Below are positions 30,801 to 44,488 of a stretch of 64,000 nucleotides of DNA, in pieces (position 1 is the first letter of the stretch; every line of letters begins with the position of its first letter). The notes beneath the pieces are model-generated. The model did no database searches and was not told where the DNA came from. It was given only the letters and a program-made list of their open reading frames with translations. The stretch comes from Eledone cirrhosa. Taxonomy: Eukaryota. The stretch is taken from NCBI GenBank assembly GCA_964016885.1, contig CAXHJY010000928.1, forward strand, positions 968,344 to 1,032,343. The letters are read 5' to 3'. Both the position numbers and the translations under genes were made by a program.

Positions 30801-33800
30801 CTACATCTGATTCCTCTTATACCTAGTTCCTCTCTCCATCCATACACATCACATGACTATACCAACACAGTCTCCTCTCCTACACACTACATCTGATTCC
30901 TCTCATACCTAGTTTCTCTCTCCATCCATACACATCACATGTCTATACCAACACAGTCTCCTCTCCTACACACTACATCTGATTCCTCTCATACCTAGTT
31001 TCTCTCTCCATCCATACACATCACATAACTATACCAACACAGTCTCCTCTCCTACACACTACATCTGATTCCTCTTATACCTAGTTTCTCTCTCCATCCA
31101 TGCACATCACATGTCTATACCAACAGTCTCCTCTCCTACACACTACATCTGATTCCTCTTATACCTAGTTTCTCTCTCCATCCATACACATCAGATGTCT
31201 ATACCAACAGTCTCCTCTCCTACACACTACATCTGATTCCTCTTATACCTGGCTTCTCTCCTCAGTTCATCCATACCCATCACATGTCTATACCAACACA
31301 GTCTCCTCTCCTACACACTACATCTGATTCCTCTTATACCTAGTTTCTCTCTCCATCCATACACATCACATGTCTATACCAACAGTCTCCTCTCCTACAC
31401 ACTACATCTGATTCCTCTTATACCTGGTTTCTCTCCCAATTCATCCAGACACATCACATGTCTATACCAACACAGTCTCCTCTCCTACACACTACATCTG
31501 ATTCCTCTTATACCTAGTTTCTCTCTCAGCTCATCCATACACATCACACGTCTATACCAACACAGTCTCCTCTCCTACACACTACCTCTGATTCCTCTTA
31601 TACCTAGTTTCTCTCTCTATCCATACACATCACATGTCTATACCAACACAGTCTCCTCTCCTACACACAACATCTGATTTCTCTTATACCTAGTTTCTCT
31701 CTCAGTCCATCCATACACATCGCATGTCTATACCAACACTGTGTCCTCTCCTACACACTACATCTGATTCCTCTTATACCTAGTCTCTCTCTCAGTCCAT
31801 CCATACACATCACATGTCTATACCAACACAGTCTCCTCTCCTACACACTACATCTGATTCCTCTTATACCTAGTTTCTCTCTCAGTTCATCCATACACAT
31901 CACATGTCTATACCAATAGAGTCTCCTCTCCTACACACTACATCTGATTCCTCTAATACCTAGTTTCTCTCTCAGTCCATCCATACACATCACATGTCTA
32001 TATCAACACAGTCTCCTCTCCTACACACTACATCTGATTCCTCTTATACCTAGTTTCTCTCTACATCCATACACATCACATGTCTATACCAACACAGTCT
32101 CCTCTCCTACACACTACATCTGATACCTCTTATACCTAGTTTCTCTCTCCATCCATACACATTGCATGTCTATACCAACATATTCTCCTCTCCTACACTC
32201 TACATCTGATTCCTCTTATACCTAGTTTCTCTCCCAGTTCATCCATACACATCACATGTCTATACCAACACAGTCTCCTCTCCTACACACTACATCTGAT
32301 TCCTCTTATACCTAGTTTCTCTCTCCATCCATACACATCACATGTCTATACCAATACAGTCTCCTCTCCTACACACTACATCTGATTCCTCTTATACCTA
32401 GTTTCTCTGTCAGTCCATCCATACACAACACATGTCTATACCAATACAGTCTCCTCTCCTACACACTACATCTGATTCCTCTTATATCTAGTTTCCCTCT
32501 CAGTTCATCCATACATATCACATGTTTATACCAACACTGTGTCCTCTCCTACACACTACATCTGATTCCTCTTATACCTAGTTTCTCTCTCCATCCATAC
32601 ACATCACATGTCTATACCAACAGTCTCCTCTCCTACACACTACATCTTATTCCTCTTATACCTAGTTTCTCTCTCCATCCATACACATCACATGTCTATA
32701 CCAACGCAGTCTCCTGTCCTACACACTACATCTGATTCCTCTTATACCTAGTTTCTCTCTCAGTCCATCCATACACATCACATAACTATACCAACACAGT
32801 CTCCACTCCTACATCTGATTTCTCTTAAACCTAGTTTCCCTCTCAGTCCATCCATACACATCACATGTCTATACCAATACAGTCTCCTCTCCTACACACT
32901 ACATCTGATTCCTCTTATATCTAGTTTCCCTCTCAGTTCATCCATACACATCACATGTTTATACCAACAGTGTGTCCTCTCCTACACACTACATCTGATT
33001 CCTCTTATACCTAGTTTCTCTCTCCATCCATACACATCACATGTCTATACCAACGCAGTCTCCTGTCCTACACACTACATCTGATTCCTCTTATACCTAG
33101 TTTCTCTCTCAGTCCATCCATACACATCACATGTCTATACCAACACAGTCTCCCCTCCTACATATGATTTCTCTTAAACCTAGTTTCCCTCTCAGTCCAT
33201 CCATACACATCACATGTCTATACCAACACAGTCTCCCCTCCTACATCTGATTCCTCTTATACCTAGTTTCTCTGTCAGTCCATCCATACACATCACATGT
33301 CTATACCAATACAGTCTCCTCTCCTACACACTACATCTGATTCCTCTTATATCTAGTTTCCCTCTCAGTTCATCCAGACACATCACATGTTTATACCAAC
33401 ACTGTGTCCTCTCCTACACACTACATCTGATTCCTCTTATACCTACTTTCTCTCTCCATCCATACACATCACATGTCTATACCAACAGTCTCCTCTCCTA
33501 CACACTCCATCTGATTCCTCTTATACCTAGTTTCTCTCTCCATCCATACACATCACATGTCTATACCAACGCAGTCTCCTGTCCTACACACTACATCTGA
33601 TTCCTCTTATACCTAGTTTCTCTCTCAGTCCATCCATACACATCACATAACTATACCAACACAGTCTCCCCTCCTACATCTGATTCCTCTTAAACCTAGT
33701 TTCTCTCTCAGTCCATCCATACACATCACATAACTATACCAACACAGTCTCCCCTCCTACATCTGATTTCTCTTAAACCTAGTTTCCCTCTCAGTCCATC

Positions 33801-34010
33801 CATACACATCACATGTCTATACCAATACAGTCTCCTCTCCTACACACTACATCTGATTCCTCTTATATCTAGTTTCCCTCTCAGTTCATCCATACACATC
33901 ACATGTTTATACCAACACTGTGTCCTCTCCTACACACTACATCTGATTCCTCTTATACCTAGTTTCTCTCTCCATCCATACACATCACATGTCTATACCA
34001 ACAGTCTCCT
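24890..34010. repeat. Higher-order repeat: two tandem copies of a ~4.5-4.6 kb block
   Basis: Rare variants (ctctcgtacc, cacaagtgtatacc, catcagatgtc, ggcttctctcctcag) each occur twice ~4516 bp apart. Identical ORFs at 28612 and 33214 are 4602 bp apart, after one extra 86-bp monomer. Confidence 0.85.
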
Positions 34011-37000
34011 CTCCTACACACTACATCTGATTCCTCTTATACCTAGTTTCTCTCTCAGTTCATCCATACACATCACATGTCTATACCAATAGAGTCTCCT
34101 CTCCTACACACTACATCTGATTCCTCTAATACCTAGTTTCTCTCTCAGTCCATCCATACACATCACATGTCTATATCAACACAGTCTCCTCTCCTACACA
34201 CTACATCTGATTCCTCTTATACCTAGTTTCTCTCTACATCCATACACATCACATGTCTATACCAACACAGTCTCCTCTCCTACACACTACATCTGATACC
34301 TCTTATACCTAGTTTCTCTCTCCATCCATACACATCGCATGTCTATACCAACACATTCTCCTCTCCTACACTCTACATCTGATTCCTCTTATACCTAGTT
34401 TCTCTCCCAGTTCATCCATACACATCACATGTCTATACCAACACAGTCTCCTCTCCTACACACTACATCTGATTCCTCTTATACCTAGTTTCTCTCTCCA
34501 TCCATACACATCACATGTCTATACCAATACAGTCTCCTCTCCTACACACTACATCTGATTCCTCTTATACCTAGTTTCTCTGTCAGTCCATCCATACACA
34601 TCACATGTCTATACCAATACAGTCTCCTCTCCTACACACTACATCTGATTCCTCTTATATCTAGTTTCCCTCTCAGTTCATCCATACATATCACATGTTT
34701 ATACCAACACTGTGTCCTCTCCTACACACTACATCTGATTCCTCTTATACCTAGTTTCTCTCTCCATCCATACACATCACATGTCTATACCAACAGTCTC
34801 CTCTCCTACACACTACATCTGATTCCTCTTATACCTAGTTTCTCTCTCCATCCATACACATCACATGTCTATACCAACGCAGTCTCCTGTCCTACACACT
34901 ACATCTGATTCCTCTTATACCTAGTTTCTCTCTCAGTCCATCCATACACATCACATAACTATACCAACACAGTCTCCACTCCTACATCTGATTTCTCTTA
35001 AACCTAGTTTCCCTCTCAGTCCATCCATACACATCACATGTCTATACCAATACAGTCTCCTCTCCTACACACTACATCTGATTCCTCTTATATCTAGTTT
35101 CCCTCTCAGTTCATCCATACACATCACATGTTTATACCAACACTGTGTCCTCTCCTACACACTACATCTGATTCCTCTTATACCTAGTTTCTCTCTCCAT
35201 CCATACACATCACATGTCTATACCAACGCAGTCTCCTGTCCTACACACTACATCTGATTCCTCTTATACCTAGTTTCCCTCTCAGTCCATCCATACACAT
35301 CACATGTCTATACCAACACAGTCTCCCCTCCTACATCTGATTCCTCTTATACCTAGTTTCTCTGTCAGTCCATCCATACACATCACATGTCTATACCAAT
35401 ACAGTCTCCTCTCCTACACACTACATCTGATTCCTCTTATATCTAGTTTCCCTCTCAGTTCATCCATACACATCACATGTTTATACCAACACTGTGTCCT
35501 CTCCTACACACTACATCTGATTCCTCTTATACCTACTTTCTCTCTCCATCCATACACATCACATGTCTATACCAACAGTCTCCTCTCCTACACACTCCAT
35601 CTGATTCCTCTTATACCTAGTTTCTCTCTCCATCCATACACATCACATGTCTATACCAACGCAGTCTCCTGTCCTACACACTACATCTGATTCCTCTTAT
35701 ACCTAGTTTCTCTCTCAGTCCATCCATACACATCACATAACTATACCAACACAGTCTCCCCTCCTACATCTGATTCCTCTTAAACCTAGTTTCTCTCTCA
35801 GTCCATCCATACACATCACATAACTATACCAACACAGTCTCCCCTCCTACATCTGATTTCTCTTAAACCTAGTTTCCCTCTCAGTCCATCCATACACATC
35901 ACATGTCTATACCAATACAGTCTCCTCTCCTACACACTACATCTGATTCCTCTTATATCTAGTTTCCCTCTCAGTTCATCCATACACATCACATGTTTAT
36001 ACCAACACTGTGTCCTCTCCTACACACTACATCTGATTCCTCTTATACCTAGTTTCTCTCTCCATCCATACACATCACATGTCTATACCAACAGTCTCCT
36101 CTCCTACACACTACATCTGATTCCTCTTATACCTAGTTTCTCTCTCCATCCATACACATCACATGTCTATACCAACGCAGTCTTCTGTCGTACACACTAC
36201 ATCTGATTCCTCTGATACCTAGTTCCTCTCTCAGTCCATCCATACACATCACATAACTATACCAACACAGTCTCCCCTCCTACATCTGATTTCTCTTAAA
36301 CCTAGTTTCCCTCTCAGTGTATCCATACACATCACATGTCTATACCAACACAGTCTCCCCTCCTACATCTGATTCCTCTTATACCTAGTTTCTCTCTCAG
36401 TTCATCCATACACATCACATGTCTATACCAACAGTCTCCTCTCATACACACTACATCTGATTTCTCTTATACCTAGTTTCTCTCTCAGTCCATCCATACA
36501 CATCACATGTCTATACCAACACAGTCTTCTCTCCTACACACTACATCTGATTCCTCTTATACCTAGTTTCTCTCTCAGTTCATCCATACACATCACATAA
36601 CTATACCAACACACTCTCCTCTCCTACATCTGATTCCTCTTATACCTAGTTTCTCCCGCAGTCCATCCATACACATCACATGTCTATACCAACACAGTCT
36701 CCTTTCCTTCACACTACATCTGATTCCTCTTATACCTAGTTTCTCTCCCAGTTCATCCATGCACATCACATGTCTATACCAACACAGTCTCCTCTCCTAC
36801 ACACTATATCTGATTCCTCTCTTACCTAGTTTCTCTCTCCATCCATACACATCGCATGTCTATACCAACACAGTCTCCTCTCCTACACTCTACATCTGAT
36901 TCCTCTTATTCCTAGTTTCTCTCTCAGTTCATCTATACACATCACATGTCTATACCAATAGAGTCTCCTCTCCTACACACTACATCTGATTCCTCTTATA

Positions 37001-38518
37001 CCTAGTTTCTCTCTCCATCCATACACATCGCATGTCTATACCAACACAGTCTCCTCTCCTACACTCTACATCTGATTCCTCTTATACCTAGTTTCTCTCC
37101 CAGTTCATTCATACACATCACATGTCTATACCAACACAGTCTCCTCTCCTACACACTACATCTGATTCCTCTTATACCTAGTTTCTCTCTCCATCCATAC
37201 ACATCGCATGTCTATACCAACACTGTCTCCTCTCCTACACTCTACATCTGATTCCTCTTATACCTAGTTTCTCTCCCAGTTCATTCATACACATCACATG
37301 TCTATACCAACACAGTCTCCTCTCCTACACACTACATCTGATTCCTCTTATACCTAGTTTCTCTCTCCATCCATACACATCGCATGTTTATACCAACACA
37401 GTCTCCTCTCCTACACTCTACATCTGATTCCTCTTATACCTAGTTTCTCCCGCAGTCCATCCATACACATCACATGTCTATACCAACACAGTCTCCTTTC
37501 CTTCACACTACATCTGATTCCTCTTATACCTAGTTTCTCTCCCAGTTCATCCATGCACATCACATGTCTATACCAACACAGTCTCCTCTCCTACACACTA
37601 TATCTGATTCCTCTCTTACCTAGTTTCTCTCTCCATCCATACACATCGCATGTCTATACCAACACAGTCTCCTCTCCTACACTCTACATCTGATTCCTCT
37701 TATTCCTAGTTTCTCTCTCAGTTCATCTATACACATCACATGTCTATACCAATAGAGTCTCCTCTCCTACACACTACATCTGATTCCTCTTATACCTAGT
37801 TTCTCTCTCCATCCATACACATCGCATGTCTATACCAACACAGTCTCCTCTCCTACACTCTACATCTGATTCCTCTTATACCTAGTTTCTCTCCCAGTTC
37901 ATTCATACACATCACATGTCTATACCAACACAGTCTCCTCTCCTACACACTACATCTGATTCCTCTTATACCTAGTTTCTCTCTCCATCCATACACATCG
38001 CATGTCTATACCAACACTGTCTCCTCTCCTACACTCTACATCTGATTCCTCTTATACCTAGTTTCTCTCCCAGTTCATTCATACACATCACATGTCTATA
38101 CCAACACAGTCTCCTCTCCTACACACTACATCTGATTCCTCTTATACCTAGTTTCTCTCTCCATCCATACACATCGCATGTTTATACCAACACAGTCTCC
38201 TCTCCTACACTCTACATCTGATTCCTCTTATACCTAGTTTCTCTCCCAGTTCATCCATACACATCACATGTATATACCAACACAGTCTTCTATCCTACAC
38301 ACTACATCTGATTCCTCTTATACCTAGTTTCTCTCTCAGTCCATCCATAAACATCACATGTCTATACCAACACAGTCTCCTCTCCTACACACTACATCTG
38401 ATTCCTCTTATACCTAGTTTCTTTCTCAGTTCATCCATACACATCACATGACTATACCAACACAGTCTCCTCTCCTACACGCTACATCTGATTCCTCTTA
38501 TATCTAGTTTCCCTCTCA

Positions 38519-38965
38519 TCATCATCATCATCATCAGGTTTAGCGTCCGTGTTCCACGCTTGCATGGGTTTGGACGGGGGTTTTGCCACTTGAGGCAAGA
38601 GTGGTTGTCTTGCTCGCATAGGACTGTCTGGCGGGTTTTCTACAGTTGGATGCCCTTCCTAAGACCAACCACATTTACAGTGTGGGGCTGAGAGGTTTTT
38701 ACCGTGTTGCCTACACGGCCACATTACAGCGTGGACTGTCTGGCGGGTTTTCTACAGCTGGATGCCCTTCCTAACACCAACCACATTTACAGTGTGGGTC
38801 TGGGAGGTTTTTACCGTGTTGCCTACACGGCCACATTTACAGTGTGGACTGTGTGTTTTTTGTCGTGACACCTACACGATCTCATTTGTTTCGGCCTGGA
38901 TGTTGTGGGACCAACATAACTTTACATTGAAAGGGGCGGTGTGGGTGGGGTGGAGGTGGTGGGAC
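38519..38965 (-). mobile_element. 5'-truncated RTE LINE 3' UTR insertion with (TGA)n tail inside the satellite
   Basis: Begins with (tca)n on +. Body matches the RTE 3' UTRs at 55089-55440 and (reverse complement) 54138-54453. Flanked by gtttccctctca (38507-38518) and gtttcccactca (38966-38977), a candidate 12-bp TSD with one mismatch. Contains an internal ~112-bp tandem duplication. Confidence 0.9.
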
Positions 38966-41900
38966 GTTTCCCACTCAGTCCATCCATACACATCACATGT
39001 CTATACCAACACAGTCTCTTCTCCTACACACTACATCTGATTCCTCTTATACCTAGTTTCTCTGTCAGTCCATCCATACACATCACATGTCTATACCAAC
39101 ACAGTCTCCCCTCCTACACTCTACATCTGATTCCTCTTATACCTAGTTTCTCTCCCAGTTCATCCATACACATCACATGTCTATACCAACACAGTCTCCC
39201 CTCCTACATCTGATTCCTCTTATACCTAGTTTCTCTCTCAGTCCATCCATACACATCACATGTCTATACCAACACAGTCTCCCCTCCTACATGTGATTCC
39301 TCTTATACCTAGTTTCTCTCCCAGTTCATCCATACACATCACATGTCTATACCAACAGTCTCCTCTCATACACACTACATCTGATTTCTCTTATACCTAG
39401 TTTCTCTCTCAGTCCATCCATACACATCACATGTCTATACCAACACAGTCCCCTCTCCTACACACTACATCTGATTCCTTTGATACCTAGTTTCTCTCTC
39501 CATCCATACGCATCACATGTCTATATCAACACAGTCTCCTCTCCTATATTTGATTCCTCTTATACCTAGTTTCTCTCTCTCTCCATCCATACACATCACA
39601 CGTCTATACCAACACAGTCTTCTCTCCTACACACTACATCTGATTCCTCTTATACCTAGTTTCTCTCTCCATCCATACACATCACATGTCTATACCAACA
39701 CAGTCTCCTCTCCTACACACTACATCTGATTCCTCTTATACCTAGTTTCTCTCTCCATCCATACACATCGCATGTCTATACCAACACAGTCTCCTCTCCT
39801 ACACTCTACATCTGATTCCTCTTATACCTAGTTTCTCTCCCAGTTCATCCACACACGTCACATGTCTATACCAACACAGTCTCCTCTCCTACACACTACA
39901 TCTGATTCCTCTTATACCTAGTTTCTCTCTCCATCCATACACATCACATGTCTATACCAACACAGTCTCCTCTCCTACACACTACATCTGATTCCTCTTA
40001 TACCTAGTTTCTCTGTCAGTCCATCCTTATACATCACATGTCTCTACCAACACAGTCTCCTCTCCTACACACTACATCTGATTCCTCTCATACCTAGTTT
40101 CTCTCTCAGTCCATCCATACACATCACATGTCTATACCAACACAGTCTCCTCTCCTACACACTACATCTGATTTCTCTTATATCTAGTTTCCCTCTCAGT
40201 TCATCCATACACATCACATGTCTATACCAACACAATCTCCTCTCCTACACACTACATCTGATTCCTCTTATACCTAGTTTCTCTCTCCATCCATACACAT
40301 CACATGTCTATACCAACAGTCTCCTCTCCTACACACTACATCTGATTCCTCTCATACCTAGTTTCTCTCTCTATCCATACACATCACATGTCTATACCAA
40401 CACAGTCTCCTCTCCTACACGCTACATCTGATTCCTCTTATACCTAGTTTCTCTCTCAGTCCATCCATACACATCACATAACTATACCAACACAGTCTCC
40501 ACTCCTACATCTGATTTCTCTTAAACCTAGTTTCCCTCTCAGTCCATCCATACACATCACATGTCTATACCAATACAGTCTCCTCTCCTACACACTACAT
40601 CTGATTCCTCTTATATCTAGTTTCCCTCTCAGTTCATCCATACACATCACATGTTTATACCAACACTGTGTCCTCTCCTACACACTACATCTGATTCCTC
40701 TTATACCTAGTTTCTCTCTCCATCCATACACATCACATGTCTATACCAACGCAGTCTCCTGTCCTACACACTACATCTGATTCCTCTTATACCTAGTTTC
40801 CCTCTCAGTCCATCCATACACATCACATGTCTATACCAACACAGTCTCCCCTCCTACATCTGATTCCTCTTATACCTAGTTTCTCTGTCAGTCCATCCAT
40901 ACACATCACATGTCTATACCAATACAGTCTCCTCTCCTACACACTACATCTGATTCCTCTTATATCTAGTTTCCCTCTCAGTTCATCCATACACATCACA
41001 TGTTTATACCAACACTGTGTCCTCTCCTACACACTACATCTGATTCCTCTTATACCTACTTTCTCTCTCCATCCATACACATCACATGTCTATACCAACA
41101 GTCTCCTCTCCTACACACTCCATCTGATTCCTCTTATACCTAGTTTCTCTCTCCATCCATACACATCACATGTCTATACCAACGCAGTCTCCTGTCCTAC
41201 ACACTACATCTGATTCCTCTTATACCTAGTTTCTCTCTCAGTCCATCCATACACATCACATAACTATACCAACACAGTCTCCCCTCCTACATCTGATTCC
41301 TCTTAAACCTAGTTTCTCTCTCAGTCCATCCATACACATCACATAACTATACCAACACAGTCTCCCCTCCTACATCTGATTTCTCTTAAACCTAGTTTCC
41401 CTCTCAGTCCATCCATACACATCACATGTCTATACCAATACAGTCTCCTCTCCTACACACTACATCTGATTCCTCTTATATCTAGTTTCCCTCTCAGTTC
41501 ATCCATACACATCACATGTTTATACCAACACTGTGTCCTCTCCTACACACTACATCTGATTCCTCTTATACCTAGTTTCTCTCTCCATCCATACACATCA
41601 CATGTCTATACCAACAGTCTCCTCTCCTACACACTACATCTGATTCCTCTTATACCTAGTTTCTCTCTCCATCCATACACATCACATGTCTATACCAACG
41701 CAGTCTTCTGTCGTACACACTACATCTGATTCCTCTTATACCTAGTTCCTCTCTCAGTCCATCCATACACATCACATAACTATACCAACACAGTCTCCCC
41801 TCCTACATCTGATTTCTCTTAAACCTAGTTTCCCTCTCAGTGTATCCATACACATCACATGTCTATACCAACACAGTCTCCCCTCCTACATCTGATTCCT

Positions 41901-44041
41901 CTTATACCTAGTTTCTCTCTCAGTTCATCCATACACATCACATGTCTATACCAACAGTCTCCTCTCATACACACTACATCTGATTTCTCTTATACCTAGT
42001 TTCTCTCTCAGTCCATCCATACACATCACATGTCTATACCAACACAGTCTTCTCTCCTACACACTACATCTGATTCCTCTTATACCTAGTTTCTCTCTCA
42101 GTTCATCCATACACATCACATAACTATACCAACACACTCTCCTCTCCTACATCTGATTCCTCTTATACCTAGTTTCTCCCGCAGTCCATCCATACACATC
42201 ACATGTCTATACCAACACAGTCTCCTTTCCTTCACACTACATCTGATTCCTCTTATACCTAGTTTCTCTCCCAGTTCATCCATGCACATCACATGTCTAT
42301 ACCAACACAGTCTCCTCTCCTACACACTATATCTGATTCCTCTCTTACCTAGTTTCTCTCTCCATCCATACACATCGCATGTCTATACCAACACAGTCTC
42401 CTCTCCTACACTCTACATCTGATTCCTCTTATTCCTAGTTTCTCTCTCAGTTCATCTATACACATCACATGTCTATACCAATAGAGTCTCCTCTCCTACA
42501 CACTACATCTGATTCCTCTTATACCTAGTTTCTCTCTCCATCCATACACATCGCATGTCTATACCAACACAGTCTCCTCTCCTACACTCTACATCTGATT
42601 CCTCTTATACCTAGTTTCTCTCCCAGTTCATTCATACACATCACATGTCTATACCAACACAGTCTCCTCTCCTACACACTACATCTGATTCCTCTTATAC
42701 CTAGTTTCTCTCTCCATCCATACACATCGCATGTCTATACCAACACTGTCTCCTCTCCTACACTCTACATCTGATTCCTCTTATACCTAGTTTCTCTCCC
42801 AGTTCATTCATACACATCACATGTCTATACCAACACAGTCTCCTCTCCTACACACTACATCTGATTCCTCTTATACCTAGTTTCTCTCTCCATCCATACA
42901 CATCGCATGTTTATACCAACACAGTCTCCTCTCCTACACTCTACATCTGATTCCTCTTATACCTAGTTTCTCCCGCAGTCCATCCATACACATCACATGT
43001 CTATACCAACACAGTCTCCTTTCCTTCACACTACATCTGATTCCTCTTATACCTAGTTTCTCTCCCAGTTCATCCATGCACATCACATGTCTATACCAAC
43101 ACAGTCTCCTCTCCTACACACTATATCTGATTCCTCTCTTACCTAGTTTCTCTCTCCATCCATACACATCGCATGTCTATACCAACACAGTCTCCTCTCC
43201 TACACTCTACATCTGATTCCTCTTATTCCTAGTTTCTCTCTCAGTTCATCTATACACATCACATGTCTATACCAATAGAGTCTCCTCTCCTACACACTAC
43301 ATCTGATTCCTCTTATACCTAGTTTCTCTCTCCATCCATACACATCGCATGTCTATACCAACACAGTCTCCTCTCCTACACTCTACATCTGATTCCTCTT
43401 ATACCTAGTTTCTCTCCCAGTTCATTCATACACATCACATGTCTATACCAACACAGTCTCCTCTCCTACACACTACATCTGATTCCTCTTATACCTAGTT
43501 TCTCTCTCCATCCATACACATCGCATGTCTATACCAACACTGTCTCCTCTCCTACACTCTACATCTGATTCCTCTTATACCTAGTTTCTCTCCCAGTTCA
43601 TTCATACACATCACATGTCTATACCAACACAGTCTCCTCTCCTACACACTACATCTGATTCCTCTTATACCTAGTTTCTCTCTCCATCCATACACATCGC
43701 ATGTTTATACCAACACAGTCTCCTCTCCTACACTCTACATCTGATTCCTCTTATACCTAGTTTCTCTCCCAGTTCATCCATACACATCACATGTATATAC
43801 CAACACAGTCTTCTATCCTACACACTACATCTGATTCCTCTTATACCTAGTTTCTCTCTCAGTCCATCCATAAACATCACATGTCTATACCAACACAGTC
43901 TCCTCTCCTACACACTACATCTGATTCCTCTTATACCTAGTTTCTTTCTCAGTTCATCCATACACATCACATGACTATACCAACACAGTCTCCTCTCCTA
44001 CACGCTACATCTGATTCCTCTTATATCTAGTTTCCCTCTCA

Positions 44042-44488
44042 TCATCATCATCATCATCAGGTTTAGCGTCCGTGTTCCACGCTTGCATGGGTTTGGACGG
44101 GGGTTTTGCCACTTGAGGCAAGAGTGGTTGTCTTGCTCGCATAGGACTGTCTGGCGGGTTTTCTACAGTTGGATGCCCTTCCTAAGACCAACCACATTTA
44201 CAGTGTGGGGCTGAGAGGTTTTTACCGTGTTGCCTACACGGCCACATTACAGCGTGGACTGTCTGGCGGGTTTTCTACAGCTGGATGCCCTTCCTAACAC
44301 CAACCACATTTACAGTGTGGGGCTGGGAGGTTTTTACCGTGTTGCCTACACGGCCACATTTACAGTGTGGACTGTGTGTTTTTTGTCGTGACACCTACAC
44401 GATCTCATTTGTTTCGGCCTGGATGTTGTGGGACCAACATAACTTTACATTGAAAGGGGCGGTGTGGGTGGGGTGGAGGTGGTGGGAC
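44042..44488 (-). mobile_element. Second copy of the RTE 3' UTR insertion (product of the 5523-bp duplication)
   Basis: Same junctions, same internal duplication and same flanking monomers as 38519-38965. Confidence 0.9.

Noticed and set aside
38762-39213. ORFs starting MPFLTPT (also 44285, 48108, 52195, and related ORFs at 48503 and 55145)
   Set aside because: They are antisense readings of the non-coding RTE/SINE 3' tail.
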